DNA from: Rhabdochlamydiaceae bacterium | GTDB lineage: Bacteria > Chlamydiota > Chlamydiia > Chlamydiales > Rhabdochlamydiaceae | DNA: 64,000 nt | Direction of reading: 5' to 3' | Assembly (NCBI GenBank): GCA_047459655.1 | Contig: JAJREF010000005.1 | Coordinates: 32,001 to 96,000, forward strand | Part shown: one piece after another, positions 45,161-54,894 of the stretch | Position numbering within the stretch: the first letter of the stretch is position 1 | Layout of the letters: each line of letters begins with the position of its first letter | Program-made: the position numbers and the translations under genes | The notes under the pieces: model-generated | The model's input: the letters and a program-made list of their open reading frames with translations, nothing else | Databases searched by the model: none | What the model was told of the DNA's origin: nothing

Positions 45161-47332
45161 ATGATTAAAGGAATTCAAATGGGCTATTTGAAAGATTTTC
45201 GAACGTTGATTTCCTCAAGAGATTACCCAGCCTTTCTAAGGCTGTGGGAAGAGTACTGTGAAAGCGATGAGCTTGACACAGATGAGGTCATCACTCTCTT
45301 AAAAGAGGTAAAAAAATCAGATTTCGCCAGCCCCTTTGGCCGTTACATTGAAAAAATTTTTCCTCTTTGGGAACTCTCTCCAGAATCTCCTGAAAAGCAT
45401 GAAGTCTTCCGGCTTATCATCGATTTAGAAACCACCAACCAAGATGCCCTCCGACAAAAAGTCTTTGACTACCTAAAAAATCGGTATGGGACACAAAAAC
45501 TATTCAATGAAAAGATCAAGTTAATCGGTCTCCGTAATAAAGAATCATTCCAGGGCGCTGTGAGTGGATTTGAGCTTCTTAATCATATGGAAAAAGGAAA
45601 TTTTGTATTCCATGCGGGTGGTTGGGGAGTTGGAGAAATCATGGATGTTTCTTTCCTCAGGGAAGAACTCTCCCTTGAATTTGATTATGTCCCAGGAAGG
45701 AAAGATATGTCCTTCGAGAACGCCTTTAAGACCCTTACCCCTATTCCAAAAGAGCACTTCTTAGCTATGCGCTTTGGTGCAGCCGATCTTCTTGAAGAGC
45801 AGGCCAAGAAAAATCCTGTCGAAGTCATCCGTATTCTTCTTCGAGACCTCGGCCCTAAAACAGCTGCAGAAATCAAAGAAGAGTTAGCAGACCTCGTCAT
45901 TCAAGAAAATGAGTGGGCTAAATGGTGGCAAGGAGCAAGGGCAAAAATCAAAAAAGACACCCTTATTCAATCCCCTGAAGACATTAAAGATGTGTTTGTC
46001 TTAAGAAAAAGCGCCGTCTCCCATGAAGAGCGTTTACAAGCAACTCTTGAGTCTAATCCAGAACCCAAAGATCTTATTCCGATGGTGTACAATTTTCTCA
46101 GAGATTTTCCGGAAATCTTAAAAAACAATACTTTTAAAGGGAAACTTCAAGACAAATTAAAAGAGGCGCTTACACATACTGAAATACCAGAATCGCAAAT
46201 CGTACAGATTTACTTCCTGTTAGAAGATATGAATATCGAAAAAAATCCAACTCCTGTCCAAGATATTATTAAAAACGCAAAGTCTTTTGAAAGCCTTATT
46301 CAATCCATCGATATCTTGGCATTTAAAAAGCGCATTCTCACGCTAGCTAGAAAAAACAGAGCGGAATGGAAAGAGCTATTCTTAAATCTTCTCTTTGCTG
46401 TCTCTCAAAACCCTATCCGCGATTATTTACTCTCTGAATTGCTCAGCTCTGGAGCTGATCAAGAGTTAAACAAAAAATTAGAAGACCTGATGATATACCC
46501 AGGACGTCATCCCGAGCTCTTCTTATGGTATTTCCAAAAAATTATAAGCACACCCAATGTTCCTTTTTCAGATAAGGAAGGGAAAAACCGCTTCTTTGAA
46601 GGTTTTTTTGTTCTGCTAAATAACTTGGAAAATACATCAACCCACAAAGACATGATCAAAAAAATGCACGCCCTCCTCACAGGAGGAAGGTATGCTATTG
46701 TGCGTGAAATCATGCAAGGGGCAAACCTTGCAACAGTGCAAGAATTTTTACTTCTAGCAACCAAATGCCATTCTCTTTCAGATCATGATATTAAAATTTT
46801 GCACTCTTTAGCAGAAGTTGTACATCCATCCCTTGCAAAAATGCACGGCAAACAGGAGCCGAGCACTGAAACAAACATTATCTGGACCACTGAAGCAGGT
46901 TATAAAAAAATCAAAGATCGCATCCAACAAATTGCCACGGTAGAAACCGTCGAAAACGCACGAGAAATTGAAGTAGCCCGCTCTCATGGAGACCTCAGAG
47001 AAAATGCTGAATTTAAATCGGCATTAGAAAAACGCAGTAGACTCCAGTCAGAACTCAAGCAGCTCTCTGAGCAAGTTAACCACGCACGCGTACTAACACA
47101 AGCAGATATTGCTACTGCCCAAGTTGGCGTAGGAACACTTGTTGAGTGCAAAAACAAAAGTGGGAAATTAGTCTCCTACACTATCCTAGGGCCTTGGGAT
47201 GCAGACCCAGATCTCTTTATCCTCTCATTTCAGTCCAAGCTAGCCCAAACAATGCAAGGGCTTGAAGTAGGAGATAAGTTCCAGTTCCAAAATGAAGAAT
47301 TCACTATTGTAGCTATTCGCAGCTATTTGTAA
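45161..47332 (+). CDS. greA: Transcription elongation factor GreA with long chlamydial N-terminal domain
   Basis: C-terminal ARSHGDLRENAEFKSA, YTILGPWDADP. Confidence 0.92.
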   Translation: MIKGIQMGYLKDFRTLISSRDYPAFLRLWEEYCESDELDTDEVITLLKEVKKSDFASPFGRYIEKIFPLWELSPESPEKHEVFRLIIDLETTNQDALRQKVFDYLKNRYGTQKLFNEKIKLIGLRNKESFQGAVSGFELLNHMEKGNFVFHAGGWGVGEIMDVSFLREELSLEFDYVPGRKDMSFENAFKTLTPIPKEHFLAMRFGAADLLEEQAKKNPVEVIRILLRDLGPKTAAEIKEELADLVIQENEWAKWWQGARAKIKKDTLIQSPEDIKDVFVLRKSAVSHEERLQATLESNPEPKDLIPMVYNFLRDFPEILKNNTFKGKLQDKLKEALTHTEIPESQIVQIYFLLEDMNIEKNPTPVQDIIKNAKSFESLIQSIDILAFKKRILTLARKNRAEWKELFLNLLFAVSQNPIRDYLLSELLSSGADQELNKKLEDLMIYPGRHPELFLWYFQKIISTPNVPFSDKEGKNRFFEGFFVLLNNLENTSTHKDMIKKMHALLTGGRYAIVREIMQGANLATVQEFLLLATKCHSLSDHDIKILHSLAEVVHPSLAKMHGKQEPSTETNIIWTTEAGYKKIKDRIQQIATVETVENAREIEVARSHGDLRENAEFKSALEKRSRLQSELKQLSEQVNHARVLTQADIATAQVGVGTLVECKNKSGKLVSYTILGPWDADPDLFILSFQSKLAQTMQGLEVGDKFQFQNEEFTIVAIRSYL

Positions 47333-47354
47333 TATAGGCGCCAAAGGAAAAAAG

Positions 47355-47951
47355 ATGGAACTTGTTGTCGCCAGCAAAAATATCCATAAGATTCGTGAAC
47401 TCCGATCTATGCTCAAAGAGTATAAGCAATTCGATGTTCTGTCTCTCCTTGACTTTCCTGCCTATACCCCCCCTGAAGAGGATGGCTCCTCTTTTGAAGA
47501 AATCGCCTCCAATAAAGCTCTGCATGCTGCTAAAGCATTGAACCGCTGGACACTTGCCGATGATTCAGGTCTTATCGTTCCCGCTCTGCAAGGCGCCCCT
47601 GGTATCTATTCTTCTAGATATGCTGGAGATCTAGCAACAGATGCAGAGAATAGACATAAACTTTTAAAAGAAATGGAACATATCCTTGACCCCCAAAGGC
47701 AGGGATATTTCGAGTGTTGGATCGTTATTGCCTCACCAGAAGGTATAAAGAAGTGTGTAAAAGGCCTCTGTGAAGGGATGATCCTCGGAGCAGAAAAAGG
47801 CAGTTACGGGTTTGGCTACGATTCGATCTTTATTAAACATGAGTATGGCAAATCCTTTGCCGAAATCGAAGAAAATCTAAAGAACAGAATTTCTCACAGA
47901 AGAAAAGCTTTCGATAAACTCCATGTCTTTCTCTCTTCTTTAGGAGTTTAA
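47355..47951 (+). CDS. rdgB: Non-canonical purine NTP pyrophosphatase (Ham1/RdgB)
   Basis: ASKNIHK, ADDSGL, GAPGIYSSRYAG, GFGYDSIF, KNRISHRRKA. Confidence 0.93.
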   Translation: MELVVASKNIHKIRELRSMLKEYKQFDVLSLLDFPAYTPPEEDGSSFEEIASNKALHAAKALNRWTLADDSGLIVPALQGAPGIYSSRYAGDLATDAENRHKLLKEMEHILDPQRQGYFECWIVIASPEGIKKCVKGLCEGMILGAEKGSYGFGYDSIFIKHEYGKSFAEIEENLKNRISHRRKAFDKLHVFLSSLGV

Positions 47952-47952
47952 T

Positions 47953-48424
47953 CTGCAGTACTGGATTGACGGATATAACTTTCTTTTTCGCATTACAAAA
48001 GACTACAAGACCCTCCAGCGCCAAAAGAGTCAAATCTTAAATTCTCTAGAGGCCTTTGTTGATGCCTTTCATCTCCACCTTACACTGATCTTCGATGGCA
48101 AGCATAAAGCTCCTGCAGAAGCCATTCGAGGTCATCTCCGCAAGATTGAAATCGTCTATACACACGAAAACCAAAGTGCTGATGACTATATTATCGAACA
48201 GATCGAATACCATCCTAAACCTACCCAGATTGTCATCGTCTCCTCAGATCGAGAAGTGCTTGGCAAGTCAAAACAATTAGGCGCTAAAACACAAACCATC
48301 GAAGAGTTTCTTTCCTTTCTACTCAAAAAAAGAAAAAAAGGAAACAAGACCTGCTCCCTCCTTCCGCGACACCGACTTTCAGATCGAACGCTTGCGCAAA
48401 ATCTTCGAAGACAAGCTCCAATAG
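47953..48424 (+). CDS. NYN/YacP-like nuclease-domain protein (missed as a whole by the ORF track; CTG first codon; frameshift in poly-A near 48335)
   Basis: LQYWIDGYNFLF..LIFDG..QSADDYI..IVSSDREV. Confidence 0.75.
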
Positions 48425-48492
48425 ACCTCTTTCGAAATTATAATGGCCTTTATTTAAGATTATTTTTCCGCTAGTTGGAAGAATAAGGCGCG

Positions 48493-49968
48493 TTAGAAAT
48501 TGAATCCAAGCTTGAATGTGCCTCCATGGAGATAGAGATTCCCTCCATCTAGAGTACGTCCTTGGTTCGTAAGAATATGGGCAAGACCCGCTACCATATT
48601 TTGCTCCCAGAACCCTAAAGCTTCATACTTGAATATCAAATCGATAGAACTTCTATTGCGATTCATATAGGCCCTCCACCCAAATTCGAGGGCGACGTCC
48701 CCGTTAAATCTAAAAGCACTAGGACTTGAATGGATATTTGAGTAGTTAATACCATTTAAAATTTCCGTATGGCGCAGCTGGTATTGCGTATACAAAAGAG
48801 CACCAGCAATCGTTCCACCAAATCTGAAATTGTGTCCAACTAACCAGTTCATATCAAATCCAAATCTAGGCCCTATCTGCTGGGTATTATTTCTATTGTG
48901 AGAATAGATTGCATTAAGCACACCTGGCGCGCCTACGGTGTTGTATGTAAAGTTCACATTCAGAGTTTGATTGATTTTAGCTCCTCTAGCAGCAAGAAAG
49001 GGATTAAAAACTAGCTTTTTCCCTACGTAATAACTACGAGAAAGAAAGAGATCAAACATGCCAAAATTAAAGCCCCAGTGATTCGAAACACCGGAATGAA
49101 GTATTTCACCCGATGTAGGAGCAAAGGGAGTATATAAATTCTGGTCATTTGCAGTGATACCTACCCAGGGTGATACAATCATCGCTCCTTGGCTATTGAA
49201 AGATCGCGTGTTGGATTGATGTGTTCTCAGTTGTGTATATTCTAAATATAAAACCCAGTTGTCATAACTAAAGTTAGCTCCAAGACCCGCTTTAAATCCT
49301 GGCTCATACTTCGAGTGAAAATCCTTGAGCTTTTGCTGTACGGAAGGTCTTGGACCTGTAATTCCTACATTAAAGTCATCTTGCTGAGGCTTCCAATATA
49401 TAAAACTGCCGGACATAATGGCGCTAACGCCTGAATGTCTACTAGCCATGTCAGGCGTATTGTATCCAGAAGCAACGCCTGAACCTTCTCGTTGTTTTTT
49501 GGGCATTTCAGACTCCATGTTTGATGGAGCTTGTGCAATTGATGCACTAGAGTCAATTTCTGCTATTGCTTGTAAAGGGTAGGAGGTCTTGGCAACTGGC
49601 TGTACATGCTCATAGGAAGGAACCTGAGTCGTCGGCATTGTTTTTTTTTGTACGGATGGAACGGTCGCAGGAATAGCGCCTTCTGCCTTTCTTTTAGCAT
49701 GAGCATCTGCCCTCTGACGTTTTTGAGCCTGTGAAAGAATCTCTTCTCCTGAAGAAGTAAAGTGACCACCTGCTTCTTTTAAAAGGGAAGCAGATTTTTC
49801 TGGCTTAGGAGCTAAGGTCCCTTCCAATTCTATAGCTGCGACCACCTGCTCTTCAGCTTTATCTAGAAAAGAATATATATCTTCTAAAAATATTCCGCTA
49901 TCTGCGGAAAGGGTAGGTAAAAGCACATTGACACTCATTAATGATAAACTGGTGATTAACTTTTTCAT
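48493..49968 (-). CDS. MOMP-like / Lpg1974-like beta-barrel outer-membrane protein
   Basis: Signal peptide; SFIYWKP, PGFKAGLG, IGPRFGFD; terminal GNLYLHGGTFKLGFNF. Confidence 0.75.
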   Translation of the reverse strand: MKKLITSLSLMSVNVLLPTLSADSGIFLEDIYSFLDKAEEQVVAAIELEGTLAPKPEKSASLLKEAGGHFTSSGEEILSQAQKRQRADAHAKRKAEGAIPATVPSVQKKTMPTTQVPSYEHVQPVAKTSYPLQAIAEIDSSASIAQAPSNMESEMPKKQREGSGVASGYNTPDMASRHSGVSAIMSGSFIYWKPQQDDFNVGITGPRPSVQQKLKDFHSKYEPGFKAGLGANFSYDNWVLYLEYTQLRTHQSNTRSFNSQGAMIVSPWVGITANDQNLYTPFAPTSGEILHSGVSNHWGFNFGMFDLFLSRSYYVGKKLVFNPFLAARGAKINQTLNVNFTYNTVGAPGVLNAIYSHNRNNTQQIGPRFGFDMNWLVGHNFRFGGTIAGALLYTQYQLRHTEILNGINYSNIHSSPSAFRFNGDVALEFGWRAYMNRNRSSIDLIFKYEALGFWEQNMVAGLAHILTNQGRTLDGGNLYLHGGTFKLGFNF

Positions 49969-50021
49969 GGTCCCCTTCTGCATATATTAATTTGGAGACC
50001 CTAAAGAGTAGGGCTCCCTGT

Positions 50022-50097
50022 AGAGGTAGTTGCAAAACTCAGGTTCAGTCAAAATAATCCCGAAATTCGACGAACCCTGAGTTTTGCAACTACCTCT
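50022..50097. repeat. 76-bp hairpin with perfect 22-bp arms (mini-MITE or terminator)
   Basis: AGAGGTAGTTGCAAAACTCAGG ... CCTGAGTTTTGCAACTACCTCT. Confidence 0.7.
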
Positions 50098-50199
50098 TTA
50101 ATCCGCATTATTTGGAAAACTTCAATTTTGTAAAGAAATTTCTTTAAATTGTAAGAAGCGCCTTAAATCTATACGGGCAGACAGAATTAAAATAAATAC

Positions 50200-51198
50200 T
50201 TACATTGCTGCAAAGCTCGTATCTTCCCAAGGATAACTCAGAATAAGTTCGCGGATTTCAGCAACAGATTTGGAGTGGTTCAGGGCTTCACGTAGTTTCT
50301 TAGTGCCGTGCCCATTTTTAAGATACCAACACCCCACACGCCTCATATCGGTGATCACCTTTCTTTCCGGCTGGTAAGCGACAGTGTGAGCTAAATGTTC
50401 TAGCAAAGCATTTCTATAATCTGCCCCCGTACGAGCTTTCGTTGGCAGGCCCAACAGATGAAGATAAGTGTCCTCTATAATCCAAGGCTGCCCAAATGTT
50501 CCTCTTGCAATAAGGACTGCATCACAGTGGGCGTGCAAAAACATCTTCTCTACGCTTTCTGCATCAAAGAGATCCCCATTACCAATTACCTTAATCGTCT
50601 TAGCTTCCTCTTTGCACGCGCGGATCCAATCCCAGTTAGCAGGGCCACTATACCCCTGCTCCCTTGTCCTTCCATGAACGCAAATAGCTTGAGCCCCCGC
50701 TTTTTCAGCAATAGCTGTGATCTCTGCTGCATTCAAACTCCCCTCATCCCACCCAGCCCTTACCTTGACAGTGACGGGGATTTTTACAGCCGATACCATA
50801 TTGGCAATGATTTCTCCTACAAGAGCAGGATTTTTGAGTAATCCCGATCCACTACCATCTTTTGTGACTTTATCGACAGGACAACCGCAGTTGAGATCTA
50901 CCACATCAAATCCCAATTCTTCGATGATCCGTGCTGATTTAGCGGCAAGATGCGCCTTGCTTCCACAAAGCTGGGCTCCAATAGGATGCATCCCTCCCTC
51001 ATAATCCAACATCCGCAGCGTGTGGGGATCGTAACGAACAAGAGCGTCCATTTTCACCATCTCGCAAAACACAAGTCCTGGCTGGTAAGAGGTCGTCATC
51101 TTTCTAAAGGGGAAATCCGAGCAACCCGCTAAAGGCGCGCAGAAGATGTTAGATGGAAGAGTGAGATGACCTAGCTGAAAAGGGCGCTTTAGGGTCAT
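50200..51198 (-). CDS. dusB: tRNA-dihydrouridine synthase
   Basis: APLAGCSD, DLNCGCP, VTVKVRAGWD, VHGRTR, IGNGD, ARG. Confidence 0.9.
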   Translation of the reverse strand: MTLKRPFQLGHLTLPSNIFCAPLAGCSDFPFRKMTTSYQPGLVFCEMVKMDALVRYDPHTLRMLDYEGGMHPIGAQLCGSKAHLAAKSARIIEELGFDVVDLNCGCPVDKVTKDGSGSGLLKNPALVGEIIANMVSAVKIPVTVKVRAGWDEGSLNAAEITAIAEKAGAQAICVHGRTREQGYSGPANWDWIRACKEEAKTIKVIGNGDLFDAESVEKMFLHAHCDAVLIARGTFGQPWIIEDTYLHLLGLPTKARTGADYRNALLEHLAHTVAYQPERKVITDMRRVGCWYLKNGHGTKKLREALNHSKSVAEIRELILSYPWEDTSFAAM

Positions 51199-51455
51199 TT
51201 TAAGATAGATCGGATGAGATATTCTAAAAACTGGAGCGTTAGAAAAGCTAAAATAGGACTCAAGTCTAGCATCCCTCCAATGGGAGGAATAATTTTACGA
51301 AAAAGATTCAGAAAAGGGTCTGTAAACTTAGCAATCAAAAGCATCCAGGGCTGCATTGCAAGATCAGGAACCCAAGAACCTATGATTCTGACCGCCAAGA
51401 TCAGCGTATAGGCCACAAAAAGGTAATGGATCATTTGATTCAGCATACCGACCAA
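51195..51455 (-). CDS. yggT: YggT family membrane protein
   Basis: TDPFLNLFRKIIPPIGGMLDLSP. Confidence 0.9.
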   Translation of the reverse strand: MVGMLNQMIHYLFVAYTLILAVRIIGSWVPDLAMQPWMLLIAKFTDPFLNLFRKIIPPIGGMLDLSPILAFLTLQFLEYLIRSILK

Positions 51456-51577
51456 ATTATTATTTCTAGTATCTTCGAAACGAAAGTATACACTATGTAG
51501 GAAAAGGCGCGCTAGGGTAAAATGCGCTCGAAGCCGATTTTTAGATAGGCTCCTATTTTTGCTTTAGGAATAAACTT

Positions 51578-52885
51578 ATGTACTTTTTAGGTCTTCATAA
51601 AGAGCATGCTCATATTAAAGTCGCCCTCCTGTGTAAAGTTAAAAATAAAATAGAAATCGCTCTCTTGCAAAGCTTTCCTTTAGATGTAAAGCCGCTTGAC
51701 ATTCTGAAGACGGTTTTAGCAGGAAAAAAAGTAAAAATCGTATCTGGGCTGGAAACAAATGAGGTCATCCGTAGAGATATTTCTCTGAAGCTTGCAAAAG
51801 AAAAAGAAATACGCTCTGTTCTTCCTTTCCAAGTTGAATCCTTGATCCCTTTTCCCCTTGCTGAGACTATTCTTTTGCCCGTCTTGTATCCTCGGAACAA
51901 ACACGTAACAGATGTGACCATCTTTGCAACGAAAAAAGACCTCCTTCTCCACCATCTAGCAGATCTGAAAAATTCTGATATAAATCCAGATACCGTGTCC
52001 ACTACAGCAGTCGCCTTATCAAGATGGGGAAAGCTCCTCTTCCCTCATACAAAAGAGTTTTCAGTACTCCAGGGAAAAACCTGCATTGTTTATTCGGAAG
52101 GAAAAATCGTGGCAGCACACGCTATTGAAGACAACGAGAAAGGACTTGAGCAAGTGCAGGCTTTTGTAAAAACCAAATTTCCTAATGCTTTTCTTGTTTG
52201 GGAAGAATCTGTTCTAGCGGAGATGCAAGAAACCCCATCTTATAGCAACTTCGAGTTTCAATCCCTAAAAGAATTCGCCATTCCCATAGGCCTTGCTCTT
52301 GACGGTTTAATCGATGATTCCAATTCTCTCCAATTTTTACAGGGAGATTTAACCTCTCAAAAAGAAGCACAATCGCAAAAAATGCTCATCCTAAAGTACG
52401 TTGCTGCCTGTATATGCCTGGCTGTAGGTCTATGGAGCTTTGGCTCCTATCGCCTTAACGCGGAACAACTCCAACTAGAACAAATCATTGTACAGCACAT
52501 AGGAAAAGAAGGCGCCAAAGGTTGTTTACAGGACCAAATAGAGTCTTGGGAAGACCTCATCGAAAAACAAGAAAGAACATTTCCCCTTTCCCCCAATATT
52601 TATCTTGTGAGCGATGTTCTTGCATGGCTTAGCAGCCGCAAAGAAAACATTGACATCAGGCATATTCACTATGACTTAGTCAAATGCCCGACACTAGAAG
52701 AAAAAAACATTCCATACTTGGTCAAGGTCGATCTCGAACTGACTGCCCCTTCAGAATCGGCTGCTAAAGATTTTTATGAAACTTTAAAAAAGCAAACTCC
52801 TTTCATCAACACCTCAAAAGAAATTTCCTGGTCTTGCTCTCACGACGTTTATAAAACCTCTTTCTACCTAAAACAAAAGCTATGA
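51578..52885 (+). CDS. Conserved hypothetical protein, PilM/GspL-like architecture
   Basis: VLPFQVESLIPFP, FAIPIGLAL, single TM helix, periplasmic tail. Confidence 0.55.
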   Translation: MYFLGLHKEHAHIKVALLCKVKNKIEIALLQSFPLDVKPLDILKTVLAGKKVKIVSGLETNEVIRRDISLKLAKEKEIRSVLPFQVESLIPFPLAETILLPVLYPRNKHVTDVTIFATKKDLLLHHLADLKNSDINPDTVSTTAVALSRWGKLLFPHTKEFSVLQGKTCIVYSEGKIVAAHAIEDNEKGLEQVQAFVKTKFPNAFLVWEESVLAEMQETPSYSNFEFQSLKEFAIPIGLALDGLIDDSNSLQFLQGDLTSQKEAQSQKMLILKYVAACICLAVGLWSFGSYRLNAEQLQLEQIIVQHIGKEGAKGCLQDQIESWEDLIEKQERTFPLSPNIYLVSDVLAWLSSRKENIDIRHIHYDLVKCPTLEEKNIPYLVKVDLELTAPSESAAKDFYETLKKQTPFINTSKEISWSCSHDVYKTSFYLKQKL

Positions 52886-53487
52886 AAATATTATTCTCTA
52901 ACCCCATCCTGTTTTCTCTCTGCTTAATTCCTACCTTACTTGCCCTCTGGGGCCTCCAAATAAAAAAACAAGATTTAAAAATTGCCCAAATCAAAATTGA
53001 AAAAATCCATAAAAAGGCGATCGAAATCGATAGGCATAATGAAATCAATGCATCCATTTTTGCTCAAATCAAAGAGAGCGATCCTAAATATTTGGAAAAA
53101 GAACTAGCAACGATCTCGCTCTTAGAATCAGAACTAAGACGCCTAGAAACCATCTTAGTCCACCATAAAGATAATGCTATTTTGCACCGCAGGTTAGATT
53201 TTTTAAAAAGTGGGAAAAATAATTTTTCCCTCAACGAAGCAAAAAGAAGAACAGGAGACCAATTCCAAGAAGTCGATATCTCTTTAGCCCACCCCGTAGA
53301 AATGGATGATGAAGATATAAAGCATATGCTAACCTCTATCGAAGGAATCCCTATTAACAACTACCCGACCAAACAAGGGCGCCCACAACTATTAATCCGC
53401 AATTTTGATTTAGTCAAAGAAACCAATAATTTAGGGGAAGATATTTTCTTAGTAAAATGCAATCTCCTTCAAAGAGAGTCTTTATGA
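52882..53487 (+). CDS. Conserved hypothetical membrane-anchored protein
   Basis: N-terminal TM helix plus coiled coil; overlaps both neighbours. Confidence 0.6.
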   Translation: MKILFSNPILFSLCLIPTLLALWGLQIKKQDLKIAQIKIEKIHKKAIEIDRHNEINASIFAQIKESDPKYLEKELATISLLESELRRLETILVHHKDNAILHRRLDFLKSGKNNFSLNEAKRRTGDQFQEVDISLAHPVEMDDEDIKHMLTSIEGIPINNYPTKQGRPQLLIRNFDLVKETNNLGEDIFLVKCNLLQRESL

Positions 53488-54761
53488 GAGTTATTCTCAT
53501 AGCTCTTTTTCTTTTTGTGTGCAGCAGCTGCTCCCATACAGCTACTGAGAAAGAAGGTAAACTCATGAGTATGCAGATCATCGATCGCAATGGATTTGCA
53601 GAAACAATCAGCTCGAAAGATCGTTTAACACCTTTTGAAAACACCGATTTTGATTCAGCACAGCCCTACCAAAAAGTTGTACGTGTTTTTGGAAAATCTT
53701 CTTCTGGACAACAACTCTCAAAAATCACCTCTTACCATCCCAATGGCAATCTTCACCAGTATTTAGAAGTCGTAAGTGGGCGTGCCAATGGTTATTTTAG
53801 AGAGTGGTTCCCCAGTGGAACAAAAAAAATAGAGTGTTATGTCATTGAAGGAACTCCCGATATCAATGAGCTTGCTCAAGTAAGCTGGGTTTTTGATCAA
53901 ACCAGCTTTGTCTGGGATGAAGAGGGAACACTTGTTGCAGAAATCCACTATAATAAAGGCGCTCTTGAAGGCCCCTCCTCCTATTATCATAAAAATGGAC
54001 AGCTGGAAAAAACGATCCCCTACCATAAAAACCTTATCGACGGTACGTTATTTGTATATCGCGACGATGGACAACTTCTCGAGCAAGTTACCTATAATCA
54101 AGGCCTAAAAGAGGGAAGCGCCCTAGCCTATCGAAAAGATAATACGCTCTTGTATCAAGAAGAATATAACCAAGACAAGCTTATCACCGGCTCCTACTTT
54201 GACACCCAAGGAATCCTCATCACTTCCATCACAGATGGGATGGGCAAACAAGCTCTTTTCAAAAATGATACCCTCTACTCTCTCATTGAATACAAAAAAG
54301 GAATACCAGAAGGGAAAGTCGAATTTTTTTCCCCTCTGGGTGACCTCTGCTCTTATTATCACATCCTCAATGGACTCAAATCAGGAGAGGAAGTTGAATA
54401 TTACCCCACCACCACAGGCTCTTTAATGCCCAAGCTCTCTCTACAGTGGAATGAAGACACCATCGAAGGGATTGTTAAAACCTGGTATGAAAATGGCGTT
54501 TTAGAAAGCCAGCGAGAAGTCAGCCAGAATAAAAAACAGGGACTCTCTTTTGCCTGGTACAAAGATGGCAGCCTCATGTTCATGGAAGATTATGATAATG
54601 ATATCCTTACCACAGGCTCCTACCTTAAAAAAGGCGATAAAACCCCCGTTTCCAAAGTAGAAAATGGGAAAGGAATTGCCACCATTTACGACAGTAAAGG
54701 GCGGTTTCAAAAAAAAATTACCTATGAAAAAGGGCTCCCCCAGCTAGACGATAAAAAGTAA
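53484..54761 (+). CDS. MORN-variant repeat lipoprotein (YwqK-like)
   Basis: Lipoprotein-like signal; repeats YHPNG, WFPSG, YHKNGQL, WYENG. Confidence 0.8.
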   Translation: MRVILIALFLFVCSSCSHTATEKEGKLMSMQIIDRNGFAETISSKDRLTPFENTDFDSAQPYQKVVRVFGKSSSGQQLSKITSYHPNGNLHQYLEVVSGRANGYFREWFPSGTKKIECYVIEGTPDINELAQVSWVFDQTSFVWDEEGTLVAEIHYNKGALEGPSSYYHKNGQLEKTIPYHKNLIDGTLFVYRDDGQLLEQVTYNQGLKEGSALAYRKDNTLLYQEEYNQDKLITGSYFDTQGILITSITDGMGKQALFKNDTLYSLIEYKKGIPEGKVEFFSPLGDLCSYYHILNGLKSGEEVEYYPTTTGSLMPKLSLQWNEDTIEGIVKTWYENGVLESQREVSQNKKQGLSFAWYKDGSLMFMEDYDNDILTTGSYLKKGDKTPVSKVENGKGIATIYDSKGRFQKKITYEKGLPQLDDKK

Positions 54762-54894
54762 GCAGAATATATGGGTGCAGAAATAATCCCTGTCCTGAGG
54801 TAGCTCCGTTCAGCCTATTCCAAAATGCCTTTGTAAAATCTTATCTATACAATTCTGATCGTCGCTGGTATAAGAAGGAGCGAGGTCTTATAAT

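Noticed and set aside
45161..47332. Very long GreA as a novel fusion
   Set aside because: A known chlamydial architecture.
53484..54761. YwqK-like protein as an antitoxin
   Set aside because: No adjacent toxin; it sits in a conserved-looking envelope gene string and has a lipoprotein-like signal.
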